Origin: Trichoplax adhaerens
Lineage: Eukaryota > Animalia > Placozoa
DNA length: 64,000 nt
Assembly (NCBI RefSeq): GCF_000150275.1
Contig: NW_002060947.1
Coordinates: 6,773,648-6,837,647, forward strand
Direction of reading: 5' to 3'
Shown: positions 25,001 to 37,300 of the stretch, piece by piece
Position numbering within the stretch: position 1 is the stretch's first letter
Layout: every line of letters begins with the position of its first letter
Made by a program: the position numbers and the translations under genes
Notes under the pieces: generated by a model
Told to the model about the DNA's origin: nothing
What the model saw: only the letters and a program-made list of their open reading frames with translations
Database searches by the model: none

Positions 25001-26298
25001 TGTTAATCTGCAGTTAAATTCTTCTTTTAAAGAATATATTATATAACTAATCAAATATATGTAGTAATAATAAACTATAACCAATCTTATATAAATACAG
25101 CTATTTTAGTAGCAACTAAAAGAACTTTATGTTTTTTGATTACGCCAACAGAGCCTTCGGTATCGGATTATATTTGACCATGTTTCTCGCCATTATGAAG
25201 ACAATTATTAGAGCTTCACTGGTTATTATTTTATTCTTAATTGCTTTTGCTACTGTATGCTATATGGTTTTAAGACAACTGGTAAGTAGCGGTAAAATTT
25301 CCCTTTATTAGCGTAGCATCTTCTATTAAAATTTATTTTCCCTTACAGCCAGAGTTTAGCGAATTAAGGTATGCCTTTATACGTGTTCTAACCATGATGG
25401 TTGGAGATATCAGTTACCGCGAAACATTCCAGCATTTATATGATACCAATCAACTACAGTACTCTGGTTTAGCCTTGATCATTATTCTCCTCTTTGTTAT
25501 AGTTATCAATATTGCCTTTGCTAATTTATTGGTATACGAACATTAAGCTATTTTCTATTATATTTCATTGCCATTTTTTCCATTTTATTATTGTAACAAT
25601 TTATATTACTGTTGTTAAGGTCGGCTTGGCTGTAGGAGATATAAATGAAGTCAGATCAAATGCTGATACTAGTTTAATTAAAACGGATCTCTCTTACATT
25701 AGCACCTTTAAAACATGCTATATGCCAAAACGCTTGCAAGAATATGCATATCAACCAGCATTTGTAATACGAAAACATCAGAAGATGAGACTAAGAGAAA
25801 AGGTTGATGATATTAATTGTAGCATATATCTTGCTTTTTACTGTGAAAGCTACCACTGCTTATATGACCGTTGACTTTAAACACGGTATATTGCATCACT
25901 TTTCTAGCTTTTATGGGAAAGGTTAATTGCAGGCACTACGCTGCATGCTTCTACGAAGGATACGGAAGAAAGTTGTACGAATATCAGCATATTTCGAGAG
26001 TTAAGGCATCAGCACTTAGAGTAAGTAAAATAGTTTCTTCTACTACAGCTTTAGATACTATAAAAAATGAGCTATACCTAATGCCACCTATCAAATACAT
26101 TTAAATATTAATACAAAATTTTATTGTATATGAAACTGTTGCTATAATTGTCTTGTAATTGGAATTTTATATTGCGATTACAGCATCAAGGATCTCACAG
26201 ATAAGTTTATTGACTTTCGATCCGATATCTTCTTACAAATATCTATAATAAGTAACAAGCTGAAAAATAAGAATTACCAAGATACTTCGAATGTTTGA
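13082..26298 (+). CDS. TRPA1: TRPA1-like channel, tandem copy 2 (complete, 25 exons, 1147 aa)
   Basis: Exons: 13082-13366, 17173-17350, 17412-17590, 17777-17902, 18029-18137, 18240-18331, 18444-18491, 18697-18870, 18958-19152, 19251-19334, 19492-19739, 19853-19964, 21360-21529, 21673-21757, 22253-22312, 22531-22614, 22741-22811, 22930-23089, 23253-23342, 23508-23677, 25152-25281, 25349-25531, 25620-25802, 25908-26020, 26184-26298. All introns are GT-AG with compatible phases; the sum is 3444 nt. The pore/S6 region aligns to human TRPA1 SMMLGDINYRE...NLLIGLAVGDIAEV. Confidence 0.94.
14400..14940 (-). pseudogene. Possible decayed rhodopsin-class GPCR, TM1-TM4 half, antisense in intron 1 of copy 2
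   Basis: Minus-strand motifs in the expected order: VGNIIL (14936-14919), FADLAVLLIIP (14759-14727), HE*YQ/AICK/PIY (~14589-14551, frameshifted ERY..AIxKP) and IAVSCMIW..FGFP (~14480-14439). A partial homolog lies at ~44860-45010 in copy 4 intron 1. Confidence 0.45.
20014..20635 (+). mobile_element. Solo LTR (622 bp), intron 12 of copy 2
   Basis: TGTTA...TGACA; exact TSD TAGAC at 20009-20013 and 20636-20640; TATAAAA at 20408; AATAAA ~20485; absent from the paralogous introns. Confidence 0.92.
20733..21119 (-). mobile_element. Degenerate LTR-like insertion, intron 12 of copy 2
   Basis: Insertion relative to copy 1 (agagatatcttac|att..). Starts TGTCACG and ends ..GCA; minus-strand AATAAA and TATA present; TSD degenerate. 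Confidence 0.55.
23865..24564 (+). mobile_element. Short outer element (~204 bp net) hosting a nested solo LTR, intron 20 of copy 2
   Basis: TG...CA ends; ATTTAC repeated at 23859-23864 and 24565-24570; TATATAAA ~24422. Confidence 0.6.
23884..24374 (-). mobile_element. Solo LTR (491 bp), family B, nested
   Basis: TGTCA...TGACA; exact TSD ACCTT at 23879-23883 and 24375-24379; homologous to 56499-56770. Confidence 0.9.
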
Positions 26299-28335
26299 GC
26301 TACCAATACTTACAAACTTAATCGATATATGTGTCCTTACAAGAAGAGGGTTTCTTTCTTAATATATTCTTAGATTCCATAAGTATAAGTTAATCATCTG
26401 TAAGATCTCAAGCTAGTTCTATTTTAGTTTTATCATCAGCCTGCACGTTTAAATGGAATGATTCAAGCATAATAATAGTCAGTTCCTTAAGATTAATCGA
26501 GTATTAGTCCAGGTATACTTCGTCAAAGTCGTTACAACGCTGTTAATAGAGAATACCTGATTCTAAGGACTTCATTAATTTTTTAATTATAGATACAAAT
26601 TTACGTGATATGCTACTTTATAGCTAGTCGTCACTACTACAGCTACACCGAGTATTAGACATAATTTTTATATTCATGAAGTTGCAGTCGCATTGTATCA
26701 GAGCTATAGAAGGGATAACATTATATTATTAGGCTATATTAAATTTACATATCTACTTTATGGTATGTCTCATGTATTTCATAAGTTACCTTTTGAGTGA
26801 ATCGATCTAGGTATGCTATTATTTAATCTTTTAAATGTAACCAGGCATTATCGTAAACGATTAACTACTTAAGTGGGTAATTACCGGTAGTTAATAATCT
26901 ATAAATGTATTCTATAACCGTAGATGACATAGAAATCTCATGTCATTTATTATTTTATTAAGGTAGAAAAGTTAAACGCGTAGATATAAGCTAATTATGT
27001 TAAAGTTATCATATGCTTTATTAATAAGCCGATCGAAGAATATCCAATACTTTTAGTTGACTTTATGTAGCACAATTGGATATACTATAGAGATAATACA
27101 TTGGATCTTTGTAATAATTGATATCATGATTATTAATTTCCTATATTACATATACTACAGAGCAATCTGGTATATCAGGTGCATTAATTCTGTAGTGATT
27201 TTAGATAATTACAGTCTTAGTATATGTTGAAAGCGTAATAGTTTAAAGATGATATGAAGTAAAGTATTATGTGACGTAGAAAAGTCGATGTATTTGATAA
27301 AGTAATGGTAAATGGTAATTTAGGGCTTAAAACCCAACTATCACATTGCTGTTTCCATAGAACTCTAATAAAAATTTGCATAAATGCTTTCTTTATTGCT
27401 TATCGTCGTAGTAATTCTAGCCAAGGAGGTATGCCTTGTTATTATGGATAATCAAATCATATTTAATTCTGCTGATGTTCGTTTTTGTCGACAAGGCAGT
27501 TCATTGTTAGATTTGAACTTTTTAAAGCGCTTAACTGTTTATTCTTCTATATAAAATAAAGACGGTTACAATTTCGGCTAACTTCTGCATAAGCAACAAG
27601 AGAGAATAAGAAAGAATGATACATTCAAATAAAAGTAAAAAAATTGTATCTCGTAATAAATAAGTAATAGTCAGACGTTATTCTTTGTAAACAATCCAAG
27701 ATTAACTGTATAGCTGTTTATGTTACGGAAATTACAGTTTATGATTATTTCACAAGTTAAACCTGCCATAATCAATAGAATGATACAGAAACATTGAAAT
27801 CATAGTGCGATTTTGGATGAATAATCACTGATTGCTATAATTTTATCAATTAAATACAAGCTGTGTTTCTTAATTCTATAGACTATAGTATATCGTACAG
27901 TATATTAGTCTCTGAAGGTTTAATTAGGGATACAGCAACTAATTAATATTTTATTCATACAATGGCTACGTCGCTTTGTTTTTCGTTACGTCATAATTCA
28001 TATGTTGAATTAACTCGAAGATCTTTTTTCTATGGGTGATGCTATTAAGTAGTATCGGAAAGTATGATTTGCGATATATCCATTGCGGTCTTATCCATAT
28101 GTTTACTCTCTTTTCCATCGATAAAAAAATAATTGACAAATAGATTGAAACCTGAAGCAATTAGACACTGCTAGACCTATTCCGACTAATAAATTAGGAA
28201 CCTGAAAAAATAGACTCACTTTCAAAATCCAGGATTGATTTGGATGAATTGTAAACTATTCTTAACTTTATAACGCCCTTAAATTAAAAAATCAAAATTG
28301 GCACAATTACACTATAGATAAAGAAAAGATTAATT

Positions 28336-31300
28336 ATGAAGAACAGGTCTAAAATACAAGCCTTTGATCATAAGAGTGATGACCACCCGAACAGCAATGG
28401 CGTCCGATTTAGTGGTAAGTGGAAATTTCTCAGTTGGGGATCAAAGAAAAACATAAATCGCTCTTCGACGGTCGAAAATGGTATCAACACTATGTTGACT
28501 AACGCAAACGAACAGCCGAATAAACCGAAATCAGTAACTGACTGCACAGTTAATAATTCATTAGTTAGCCTCGGTTTTACTGTAGCGAATACTAAAGCAC
28601 GGGATTTATATCAGGTTAGAAATGCATTTATCGTGAGTTATTTATTGATTTTAATATTATCGTAGAGCAAAGATGTATTGATGATAGAAAATTAAGAATA
28701 ATAACCTATTTGTGCTGTTAATCAAACTATGGCGTAGAAGGATTACTTATCATTTAAATGTACCGTAGCTAAGAACGTCATGTTTCAAACGTGAATATTA
28801 TCCATCATCATAAACTATTCGTTATAATTGTACAGTGTAATGTACTCTTTGAGAGATACCTTTGACTATATATATGAACGTTCAGTTTGCAAAATGACCG
28901 ATTTCGCATACGGTCGCGTTCATATACACTGTGATGAAGAGCTACAAATATTATCGTAAAGGAGTAAAATGTCAATTAATTTTGATCTGACAAGATCTAA
29001 ACTTTCCTACTATTTCCATTTCCATTTTTTAAAATATGCCTATATCTAGGTCAGAAATAATATTTAAATTAAAACATTCTTCAGAGGAGATAATTACCCC
29101 AGGGTATGTATAGAGGGAAACGATATTCAAGTAAAACAGTGGATGTAACCGATCAACATGATTACAATCAAATCGTATTTCTAAGTTTATTAATTTAATC
29201 ATTACCGTAATTTATAATGGTTTAATAAAATATAACACAGCCCGAAAAAACTGATTTAGTTATTGATCGTGACACTAATCCTACAATTACTTAGCCGGCC
29301 ACTCAATATTAAAGCTATTCTATCAAATATTAAGATTGACACCCATTGCATTGGTATCCTCAGTCAGCTTACGTTAGTACTTTGTCATAATAATAGTTAC
29401 AATTTTCCTATTTTGATAATCCATCTAATTTCTATTAAATCAAAATTAGTAGCTTATAGCTGGAGTTCAAAAAGAATCACAGCAATATTTTTACGAATAA
29501 TACTTTAGTACGTAGTAATAAATCCTTCTCTGACTATTTTAATGGCGTAATTCGATATACATTTCTCCACCTATATTAATACGCTATAGCAAACTAAGAA
29601 TTGTATTCAGTAATCTCTGGTTTTAAGAAATAGATCATTCTACACTTTCCTTTTCCCCTATCCCACCTAAGAACTGGCATAATTGATTGCCCTGTCATTA
29701 CCACAGTTACGGGAAATCGTGACCTTTTAGAGATTTATAAAAGACTTTATTGAAAAGTTAACGTTGTAAGATTTCCTTTTATGATGAATGCTTAAGCAGA
29801 ATAAAACGTTATATTAGATTCTCAGTTAAGTACAATAACATTAGACTTATGCAAAGCCACACGAGTAGGCTTCCACTGATTGATTAAGCTTTAAATGCTC
29901 CTTGATATCGTCAGAATGAAGATATTCGATCTCCAGTATTCACACAGTGCTGCTCGATGAAAATCTGATTAATGGATATAATTCAGTTTCGTTATAACAC
30001 CTAGATAGCAGATTAGTAAAAGTTGGTTCATAAATTTTTTCCCTACTGTAAAACCAGTAATGTATCGTTAATTAATAAATTTAACTAAAACTTGAATTTA
30101 TAATTGTTCTTATCGTAGGGCTTACTTTCGATTTATTAACTCTAATCCAAGCTAAAAATAAGTCAATATTCATGACTCTACTAAACAGATTAAAATATAA
30201 AATTAATTATTACGCTATAATTAATGTTATATTCTAATTACTGATACGAAAACATCGATCCAATTAGAATATCAATGGAATGAACAGATGGGCTTTGATT
30301 ATAGTAGCTCTATCCATTTCATTAATTGATTCGTTTTGATCTCCATCATAATATTATAATAGTTATTTAGAGAGTTTATACGGTCTATGACTCGTATTGT
30401 TTTGAAGTAACTGATCTATATTTGCATTAGTCCAAAATAATAGTGTAGTGAAATGAAATGTATAGAAACCAAGCTACTAAATTTCTAACAAACTTTGATT
30501 TTACTTTCTTTGCACTCTGGTCCATTTAATAAAACTTTGACACCAAATAAAATTGGGGAAACAACCAATCAACAATTTATTGAGAAACGTGGGAGAGTCT
30601 AATCAAACCACCTTCCAAATACTTAATTCTAGGTATTTATAAATAACGAAATAAAAAAAGCGACAGAACTAAAACTGTTAACAAACAAACAACCTAACAA
30701 AAAGAAGAACGTTTTAACTTACTACAGTTCGACCCCGAAGGCCTTTAAAATTCAACAAGTTCATCAAAAGAATCTTATTTTACTTTCTACTCTAAATTTT
30801 CTGATTACACTATCATTTATAGGCTTCGCAAAGTGATAAAATATCTTCTTAAAAATATAACAAGGACTACAGTTTCTTGTGAATTTCACTTTATTACATA
30901 AGTTAGGTTCGCCTATCCTCTACCAAGGACTGTCGGACTATCTCGGGACTATCTAAATTATTATAGCAATATTTATGATTACGTAAAGTTCGTTACACAA
31001 TGATTTATTTTCCTACAAATACAATCAACTTTGCCAATTAAGTCGCAAGATCATATCTAAATTTTCTTTCGCGCTTCTAAATTAAATTCTCGGAGCGCCA
31101 AATGTGATAAAATCCGATCACGAAAATTTCAAAGTAGTAGAAAATTAGAACTTTATTAGATCTATGCAAAGACTAGCTACACAGCTCTACTCTAGCCGAA
31201 TGCAACTACTGAAAGACTTCTAAAAAGAACAACCAAGATAATATAATGCCTCCGGCTTTTATACTCTCCATAGCCTTCACAGCTATAATCAGTAAATCAG

Positions 31301-34300
31301 CATAGCAGTATTCTACCATATTCTACACATATTCAGCTTATTATTAGTCACAATATTTTATAGCGAACTATCATTAATTCCATATAGAAATGATTACAGC
31401 ATTTTTGTAGACATCATTCCTACCAATCAGAGTACAATGAACTAAGCATATCCTAATATATGATTTACAATTCTATTTCTACCTCGAACCTTATTAGTAG
31501 CTCAAGACCTTACTGTATATAGTCATCTGAACTCTAGCATAGAGTCTATCCTTACAGTCTATAATTATGGGCTAGTAAATATATTATAACATAAATATAG
31601 AAAAGACACTACCCTACATCATACTAAAGATGGCTAATAGTCTACAATCACAATACTAAGTTATTTTACAAATACGAACAGTAAAAGTCTTCCACGAATA
31701 GACACTTAATACAATCTTGCACTCTAGCGTACAATTTAAACTACTTTCGTACAATCTTGGGTCATAATTCAAGCTATTATGAATTACAAAAGTTATGCAT
31801 TTGCTATACTAATTTATACTAATTTGCCGAAATTAACAGGCTATCAAAAAAGGCTCACTGGAAGAAATACGGAATCTAGTTACTCTTAACTATTATCATG
31901 ATAAAATCAACTCACTCGATAAAGAGAATTTATTCACATTTATGCATTATGCTGCAAGATATAATCGATCCGATGTTATTGGTTGCTTGATCGATTTCGG
32001 TGCAGGTAATTTGTCATATTCGATGGCATATATTATTGTTACAGAAACAGATTTATCAAAAACAGTAAGCTTATTAACCTTTTTATACCTTTAATCTTGT
32101 CTGGTTCAACTTTATTACTTTACACAAAAACTGTTGATTATTTAGATGTTAACAGTAAGGGCGGCAAAGATAGTATTGCGCCTCTCCATGTTGCTGCCCA
32201 GCATAATTGTACGGAGGCAGCTCAAAGTCTAATTCGGTTTGGTGCAACAGTTCATGTTAATTCTAAAACGAAAAATAGTCCTTTGCATTATTGCTGTAAA
32301 TATGGAAGTGATGGGGTTGCGGAGGTATTACCATATCATAATCTCAAGTACGCTACTTAATTTAATTGCAGTTACTAGATCACAAATCTGCACAAGGTAT
32401 TATTTCGCCTATTTAGACTACAGTTGAAATCACTATTGAAGCAATATATAACTCTTCTTATACTGTTTTATATACATTTAAATTAATCCAATCGAAATTC
32501 GTATCTCAACCAGATTATTTTAAGAGAAACTGAAAGACTGAATATTACTGAAAAGATTATTAACCATCCTGATAACGAGTCTTACTATCCTATCCATTTT
32601 GCAGCTTTATATAATAATAAAGCGATGATTAATATTTTAGTAAGCCTAACTTTGATTCAGTAAATGATTGAATTTAAAATACAGCCAGTATTATCTCAAA
32701 ATTATTAGCCATCCCTAAATATCCCGATTTTTCATATACTATTCGTCATGCAGCTAAAATATGGAGCAAGTATAATAAAAAAGAACGTTAACGGTCGATT
32801 ACCCTCTCATTTTGCTGCTGAACACAAGGACACAGCTATTTTGGAGGATCTTCTACAATGCGGTACATTGAATTTATTCATACGTGTTATGAAAATACTC
32901 TACTAATCATCTGCTGTAAATTAATTATTAAGTACGGAATTGACCTTTCAAACTATTCATTTGCAGCTAAAGTTAAAGGACTCAAAGACTATGTAGCAAT
33001 ATCTAATAATGAGGGAGGTACGGCTCTTCATATAGCAGCCGATGTCGGTTCCGTTGTTGTAAGTATACAAATATATAGTATACTTTTGCTTATTGACGCT
33101 TGAAACGATGTAGATATACTGCAATATAAATTAAATCTAACTAAAATCACTGTATTATTGAAATAATATCCACTTAATCGATTAGGCAGCGGAAGCTTGC
33201 TTAAAGTACGGTGCGGAAATTGAAGCTCAAACTGTAAATTGAATCAACTTTACGTAATTTTTTTTATGACTCTAGTTAAATATTTTTGATTATCTTATAT
33301 TGTACATAATATCACATAGCTAATTAGCGAATAGAATTAATTTGCATGGCAAAATTTTAATTGCAATGATAAATAACGTCAAGGTAAAAAATTTTTGACA
33401 ATATTACATAGCATACATTGCTGTAAGATAGTATCATACAGTTAATTGCGCATGGAATTGACTAATAAGGCAAAATTCTGATTTCAGTAATAACATCTAG
33501 TCAAAAATTTTTAATTATCTCATATTACATACACCTCCATAAAATAGTACGTTATGATATGGCTAATGAACGCATGGAATTTATCAATAAGGCACAATTT
33601 TGATTACAGTGATGATATCTCGTCATAATTGTTTTGATTATTTTGAATTATATATATATATAACATATGTACAGTATATGCATCTTCATAAGACTGTATC
33701 ATTTGGTTCATTAGCGCATAAAATTTATTTATAAGGCAAAATTTTAATTGCAGCAATGACATACTGTAGATTTAATAATTACCTGATTGCGTATTTTATA
33801 CTAGTATGAACTATTAACACCGCTGCACGTTGCGGCCAAAAATGGTAACTGCGAATTTGCCGGGTATCTCATGAAGAAAGGTGCTAAAGTTAACTCAAAA
33901 GACAACGAAGAAAGAACTTGCTTACACTATGCAGCTTTGAGTAATAATATTTCTTTAACTGAACTTATGATTCAACAGGTACATTAGTTAATAAAAATTT
34001 TTCAGATAGTGCCAAATTCTTATGCAATCGTTATTAATTCTCGTCCATTTTATCCCTATACCTAGGGAGCAGACATCGAAGCTCGTGATATCAGAGGCCA
34101 TACACCTTTACATTTAGCTGTTAACAAAGGATGTACACCAGTTATTAAGAAATTAGTTGAATTAGGCGCCGATATTACGGCTACAGACTCTGATGGTCGA
34201 CATTGTGTCCATTACATAGCTGAGCAAACTGATTCTAGTACCATACAAGCAGTCTTAGAAGTAAGCTTAAAATGCTTATCTGAATTTTTTGAACTATAAA

Positions 34301-37300
34301 AGTTATTGACAGATATCATTTTCGTTTGTAATATTTTAAAATCTCTATAATCCTGAATAGAATGGAGGAAAAGAATTAGTTGATCATCCTGATAACGAAA
34401 ACCTCATGCCTTTACGTATTGCAGCTATGAAAGGAAACCTTACAGTGAGCTTTATAACGATAATAAGCGATTTCAATATTAATTTCCTTACAACAGTAAA
34501 TCACTTAACTAAAGTTGACATTACTCAGAACTAGATCTCGTTTGTTATTTATTAAATATGAAGCATTTAGCTACGTATGAGCTAACTACTAAAATACTCT
34601 TAGCACTTATCATCGTGACCACAATCCATACATAAATTGCCATTTGCTTTTGCTTACAGCTCCTAATATTATATATTTATTTATCTTCCTCTAAACTCGC
34701 AGGCACTGTATCATCTTTTTCGAAATGGAGCCTCGATAGACACTTTAGATGAAGAAGGCAATACGCTTTTGCATATAGCAGCCAAAGGCAATAATCGTGA
34801 TACAATTAAACAAATCTTAGCACATACCAGTATGAAAGACATCAACACCAGAAATACATCGGGTCAAAAGCCTATCCATATTGCAGCTATTTATGGCCAT
34901 AATCGAGTTATGCAGAATATGATTAAGAATGGCGCTGATATTAATAGCAAGTAAGAATGTTGAAAATTGAAATTAGAGCAATTAGTCGATTATTAATTAG
35001 GTTTATAATTTTTTATTAATAATACTTGTGGCAGTAGATTCTAGATAATGAATGTTTTTGATAAATTTCTAGAGATATCTATTCCTATTATCCTCTACAC
35101 TATACTGTTAAGGGTGGGTATACAGCAGCGGTCCAGCTATTGGTAGATAAAAATGCCAAAATCGATGTCTTAGATCGCTCCAACGTAAGCAATCTTAGCT
35201 TATCCATCAACATAATAAATCAGTTTTATTCGATATTGATTTTAACAAATCTTTCCCTATTCTAGTTTTCTATAGAATTAGATCATTCATTCGTTTTAAT
35301 TTTCATCTATGTTATAAGAGATATCTTACTTTTTACTACGAAAATATAAGCTTTTACATTCTTAATTAAAATAAATAAAGCTCCTAACACAATTAACTTT
35401 TAATCTGGAAGAATACGCCTATACATTTAGCATGTGCTAACGGACATCAAGAAGTAACCAAAATATTGTTAGCAAGTGGAGCTGACCCAACAACGATCAA
35501 TAATCAGGGCCTAAATTGCTTAGACTTAGCGATAGAAAACGATCAAACCGAAATTGGACTACAAATTATCCGTAGTAAATAGTAAGATTCTAATTTTGAA
35601 ATATTGTTCTTCAACGAGTAATCTTCCTGTTTGGCCTTTCTGTTTTTTTAATTTACGGTATGCAGCATAGTCAGAATATAGTTATCCCAATATTTATCTC
35701 AAGATATTCTTAATTCTGCTTGTAGCTGGGAAAAGGCTCTAGAAAATAAAGAATTTGATGGACACACGCCAATGAAGAGACTTATTGAAAAACTTCCTAT
35801 TGTCGCTAACGTAAGTATATATATTTTATATATACACGTGAGGTACATAATAACAAGACAATTTATCGTGTAATATATCGATACCTTTATAAAATACAAC
35901 ACCGGTAACAGTACTTACACGGTAACAGTATCATAGATTCTTCTTATCAACTTGTACTTTAAAAAGAAAATCATAGTCTGCGTAACGTCTAGATGTGTAC
36001 TAATTATATATCATAATTTAAAATCTGAAGATATTTTGCGATAATATATATTAGTTCCTAAATATAATAAGCTTTCCTAATCATTATGCTGTCTAAACTA
36101 ACGCAGGCCGTAATGGACCGATGTATAACGTATACAAGTGATATTGGAGATTCCAAAGAAAAGCAGGTTAGTTAATTGCGTTGCTCAAAGCTGCTATCTT
36201 AAATATTACATAATTAAAATTCTAGATGAATAAATTTGGGAATCCAAATATTTTTAATTCGAAATGTTTTAGATTGTTTTCAACTTTAGCTATCTGGAAG
36301 CCCCACCAAGCAAAACTAAAACTAAAAATACTGAGGACAATTATTCGGCGGCATCGGTACGAGTATTTAATTAATAAGCAATTTTAGAAATGTAATTTGT
36401 ACGGCAACAAGTAATTTATAGATGTATTTATCTACAACAGAGATAACATTGATCCTTTATACTATTAACATTCTTCATTTACAGAGTATTCTCTCGCATA
36501 ATAGGATCAAGTTAATGCAACATCCTCTCATTCGGGCTTATCGACATTATAAATGGTATTAGCGATAGGCTCAAACCTATTGATACTACCCTTTCTACAA
36601 TTAAATTCGATATCTTATGTAATTAATTTCTCTTTTATTACTGTACATTTATAACAGTACATTGTACAATAATTTATTAATTTAGGAATTCGCTATTACG
36701 ATATCACTACTACGGGCGATGTTTTATCAATCTAGTATTTCTGTTGGCTGTTTGTACACCTGTTAGCCTAAATATCAACAACTATTATAAAGCTGTCCGC
36801 AATCAAACTGGAAATAACGCTGCTGAACAGATAACAGTAACACAGGTATAATATTCGATAGTTTTAATAATCCTTGATAACATTTATTATTAGCATTTGA
36901 TAGGATTGATATGATCACTAATGTTATCTTTACGGTTTCGACTCTTACTCTTATATCCACAACTTGGTAACGTATGTATCGGTGCAATTTGGATGAAAAC
37001 GTTATTCGACGATTATCAGTATTCGGAAGAAGTTTATACAAGAAATATTGTTGCATTTTCAGCCGTGGTGTTTAATGTTTTCATTCAATTAACCAAACTA
37101 GTCTTCATGGTTAGTTTGCAAATTTGTACCTGATAACATATCTATTGTGCATAACGGTATTTGATTATACTTGTCCATAAGTTAAAAAACTTTATTATTG
37201 ACATTAACAGATATCTTAATCATTTGAATTAATGTTATATAATTTTCGTTTAATAATAATGTAAATGGTAATGCTATATCGTCTATTTAAGCCAAGCAAG

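Noticed and set aside
30727-30740. GTTCGACCCC resembling a tRNA T-loop/B-box
   Set aside because: No cloverleaf or A-box; it sits at a retroelement junction.
30439-31675. AATAG/AATAC as the TSD of one 1.2-kb element
   Set aside because: The two ends are unrelated LTRs and host sequence is deleted, so the 4/5 match is likely chance.
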